64,000 nt of DNA. It comes from Nemertoderma westbladi. Its lineage: Eukaryota > Animalia > Xenacoelomorpha. The translations under genes were made by a program, and so were the position numbers. Of the stretch, positions 60,196-64,000 are shown piece after piece. The notes below the pieces were generated by a model. It was given only the letters and a program-made list of their open reading frames with translations. It ran no database searches and was not told where the DNA came from. The stretch spans positions 91 to 64,090 of the forward strand of contig JAUCBJ010005191.1 of the NCBI GenBank assembly GCA_032718475.1, given 5' to 3'. Numbering within the stretch: position 1 is the first letter of the stretch; each line of letters begins with the position of its first letter.

Positions 60196-61327
60196 CGCAA
60201 CAAATTAATACAAGGATCGATAATTGGATATAATACGAGCGTTTAGATAAACTACAGGATTAAGTTATGTTCAACAACGATGGTCCTGTCATTCGGTCAA
60301 CCATCTTAGAACGAAAACATCACATATTTGTTTATGGGTTTGCTACTGTCTCACAGTAGATATGATATGCGTTGCTGGTTACGTACAGAAATACAGTTAT
60401 GACGATAACCTATAGCTTTTACACAAGCGGATTACAGTGTAAGAGCCTTAAAAGCGTAGTGAATAATAGTTACCCATATCACACAAGAAGCATTAAGAAA
60501 TTGAAACTAAGCAAAACAGTGTCTAGTCTGACAGTGTCCGACAGATATATGCTTTTTTCCACTGAATCTTGCGCTTGCATGGGGGTATATTATAGTAAAT
60601 GTTTTGGGTGATTTTGGTGCGAAATTTTATTGTGATCAATAATCCGATGCCGACTGATGCCCAGCTTACATCATTGAGGATTTTGTGTAATTAACAATAT
60701 AAAAAATTGTCCCCAGCAACGGTTAAGACAATTTATCCGATTGCTTCCATATATTTTAGTTTTTAAATTTACTGTTGAAAATGAACAAATGGTACGTAAT
60801 TCCATTACAATTAAACTTATATCACCGGAATCCCCATATTATGGCGCACTTTTAGACAATTTTCATTTCAGTCACACGTCACATAGGCCTATTTTTGCTC
60901 AAGTTAAAGATAGGTTTTGAATGTATTTGGCTGCAAGTTTAAATTAATACATCCATTGTAATTTTGGACAGATTTTTTAAATATATTAAGATGCAAGCTG
61001 GAATTTAAGATTGAAGTTGATGCAATGGTATGTTAGGCCTATTCAATTAATTTTTAAAATTAATTTCTGAATTTAACTGTACAAACTACCGATACAATAT
61101 AGCACTCTTTATAACTTGAAACCTGGGCTGCATCCATTGGAATAATAGTGAGTAAAAACGTTCTGGAACACACCCCTGTGGGTACATTTACTATATACTG
61201 TACTTCCATGCAAGGTATAATGCAATGCAATATCTTCCGGACTAGGCCTATTTGCCTATACAGTAGGCCTACTAAACCTCTAGAATCGGCAGATCGGTAG
61301 GCCTATTATACTGCTATACAGCCATTC

Positions 61328-63163
61328 CAGCGTAACGGTCGTGACATTCCGCATGGGTTTCCGGTATTAATGAGTATTCTAAGGGCACATGGAAGAATGA
61401 TATTGAAAAGATATTACTATGATATGATCCTAAGATATGGACCTTTAATAAAATCGAAACCGCACTGGAATACATTACGTTTTATTGATTGTATTCCAGT
61501 TTAAAGTTGGCGTAACGGTCGTGACTGAAATGGACAAGCTTTTTAGAGACTCCTACACATTACAAATTTCTATCGAATTTACTGTACTTATTTAGCGTTA
61601 CTTATGTCAGACTAACATGTTAATAGATAGAGTTTAAAATGAAATTAACAGTATGGCAATATAATATCATTAGAGAATGTGGCAATCAATTAACCAGCGT
61701 AACGGTCGTGACATAGTTTCGTAACGGTTGTGACATTATCGATTTTCACATAAATCTGAATTTCAAAAAATGGTAAGGTATTAGAGTTAGGTATTGCTAT
61801 CGATTTCAGGCAGGTTTTCTTGTACGCTGATTTTAATGGAAGGCTTTTTACATTCCGCAATTGAACACATCTACCATTTTTGGTGCTAAAATGAAAAGTG
61901 CAAGTAACCAGCATTTTTCAAATTAATGAAAACAACTAGACTTGTAGGAATGGTGTTTATTTCAATTACATACAGGTTTACTGGTGCGCCGATTTCAATG
62001 GAAGGCTTTTGAAATTCCGCAGTTGAACACATCTGCGATTTTTGGTGAGAAAATGAAAAGTGCAAGTAACCAGCATTTTTCAAATTAGTGAAAACAACTA
62101 GAATTGTAGGAATGGTGTTTATTTCAATTACATCTGTACATACAGGTTTTCTGGTGCGCTGATTTCAATGGAAGGCTTTTTACATTCCGCAGTTGAACAC
62201 ACCTACCATTTTTGGTGCTAAAATGAAAAGTGCAAGTAACCAGCATTTTTCAAATTAGTGAAAACAACTAGGAATTGTAGGAATGGTGTTTATTTCAATT
62301 ACATAAAGGGTTTCTGGTACGCCGATTTCAATGGAAGGCTTGGTACGCCGATTTCAATGGAAGGCTTTTTAAATTCCGCAGTTGAACACATCTACTGACC
62401 TACCATTTTTGGTGCTAAAATGAAAAGTGCAAGTAACCAGCATTTTTCAAATTAGTGAAAACAACTAGAATTGTACGAATGGTGTTTCTTTCTCTATTAC
62501 ATACAGTTTTCCTGCTGTTCTGGTACGCCGATTTCAATGGAAGGCTTTTTAAATTCCGCAGTTGACTGGTTGAACATACCTTCCATTTTTGGTGCTGAAA
62601 TGAAAAGTGCAAGTAAACTCTTCGTTCGCAAGTAAAATGTTCTATGTAGTATTGTAAGCTGATATTTTGGTTATTATGTGTACTACCTGATTACAGTATA
62701 ATTATAATTACATCCCACTGCAGCAGTGGTATCATAAATGATACAAATTAATTTATACTGTATAATAATGATTCCTAAGGTTTGTCATTTGTGTCACAAC
62801 CGTTACGGTCATAAGTGCTGTTATGGCACATTATAGGTTAAGAAGAAACCTTTGTACACCCAATATTACAATTATCACTTTGTGTGGAATCATATTCCAA
62901 AATGTAATCTTAAATGGAGAGTAAAAAAGACGACCTTTCGCTCCTTGAATTATACATGCTATGCTAATATTCCCATTTCCCACATGTTAATGTCACGACC
63001 GTTACGCTGATTACTACAACTGGAACATATAGTCAAGTTAAACTATATGACTCAAACAATTGATACGAACCACCTAACGATAGATATAAAAGATTATAAC
63101 CATTACTGCCGGGGATCTGGAGATATTGGAAAAACTTGTTCTTCAGCGTAACGGTCGTGACAT
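61328..63163. mobile_element. Probable non-autonomous DNA transposon region with a dispersed 16-19-bp motif in both orientations around an internal tandem array
   Basis: CGTAACGGT(C/T)GTGAC occurs at 61331, 61511, 61698, 61720 and 63147 (+) and at ~62792 and ~62991 (-). Boundaries are uncertain. Confidence 0.45.
61780..62616. repeat. ~162-180-bp tandem repeat, about 5 diverged copies
   Basis: Recurring GATTTCAATGGAAGGCTTTT...CCGCAGTTGAACACA...AAAATGAAAAGTGCAAGTAACCAGCATTTTTCAAATT at ~61829, 61991, 62161, 62324/62350 and 62530. Confidence 0.9.
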
Positions 63164-64000
63164 ATTTTCCATCCACTCATTACAATGCTATTAGAAAAAT
63201 ATTTATTAGTTGTACATTATTTAACCGACATGGCTAATTACTATATACATATAAGATTCTGAAAAACATATGGCATTGCCAGTTTGGTAATGATCATGCC
63301 ATTTTGGTTTGTATGTAATTAATGCCAAAAATATTGAATTTTTGGCATTTTTTAAATCACATTTTGCGGACGCCTTAAAAAAAATTGGCTAGGGTTATGG
63401 AACATTTGAAAACAGTTTTATGAAGCACAATATGTGTGCTACACACTCAATACAAAAGAAATTCATTTCTAAGTACTTTCATTTTTCACCAAAAGGTTTA
63501 CTTTTGCTTGGAATGGCTGTATAGGTACCAGTAAAATTGGGAATTAGAACAATCTGACAATGCGACATACAACGGCTATTGTACTGTAGGTTTATTATGA
63601 GGGGCTGGGTTATGCCATATTGCAGTATTGGGAGTGTGGTGGTGGTAAACCTCAAATCATAAACACCAACCACTACGGTACCGGTACAGTATGTAGGTCT
63701 ACTATCAGGGGGCAGTACTATAATGGGTACGGCAGTACGGTACGTTACTGGCACCATTCATTATACTATACGGTAGGCCTACACAAAAATGTTGATGTAA
63801 GATTGTAAATTACCAGTACCGGTAGTAGGAGTAGCGTAGCAGGGCAATGCACAGGTGCTCCCGCTACCGAATTATGCTGTCTACCTAATGATGAGATTTT
63901 AATGTTATAAACAATCAGTGAATAGAACAGGCTGCAATAACGGTACCGGTATTAAACGGTAGAACGTACTGTAGAAAATGAAAGTATAGCAGCTAGGCCT

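Overview
AT-rich animal (invertebrate-like) genomic DNA, more than half of it tandem repeat. There are at least 14 unrelated minisatellite arrays with units of 15-69 bp, plus a ~162-bp array. Genes: (1) the last seven coding exons of ARFGEF3/BIG3 (+, 10705-28460), reconstructed by hand, with introns filled by satellites; (2) an intronless pyruvate-kinase-like gene nested antisense in an ARFGEF3 intron, lacking several catalytic motifs; (3) an intronless GHITM/TMBIM5 that has lost both conserved sensor aspartates and probably also lies inside ARFGEF3; (4) intronless stomatin; (5) a two-exon caveolin that the ORF track captures only partly; (6) an intronless RNF212/Zip3-like RING gene; (7) a C2H2-finger plus acidic-repeat ORF running off the left edge. 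Mobile DNA: two decayed RTE-clade LINE fragments, a foldback MULE-like element with a TSD, a DINE-1/HINE-like element, MITEs, and a ~90-bp tRNA-like Pol III cassette with a hammerhead-ribozyme-like core between its A and B boxes. The strongest leads are that cassette, the intronic satellites built from ARFGEF3's own splice donors (about 350 copies of one donor), and the two intact but active-site-degenerate intronless genes. Homology calls rest on recalled motifs, not database searches.
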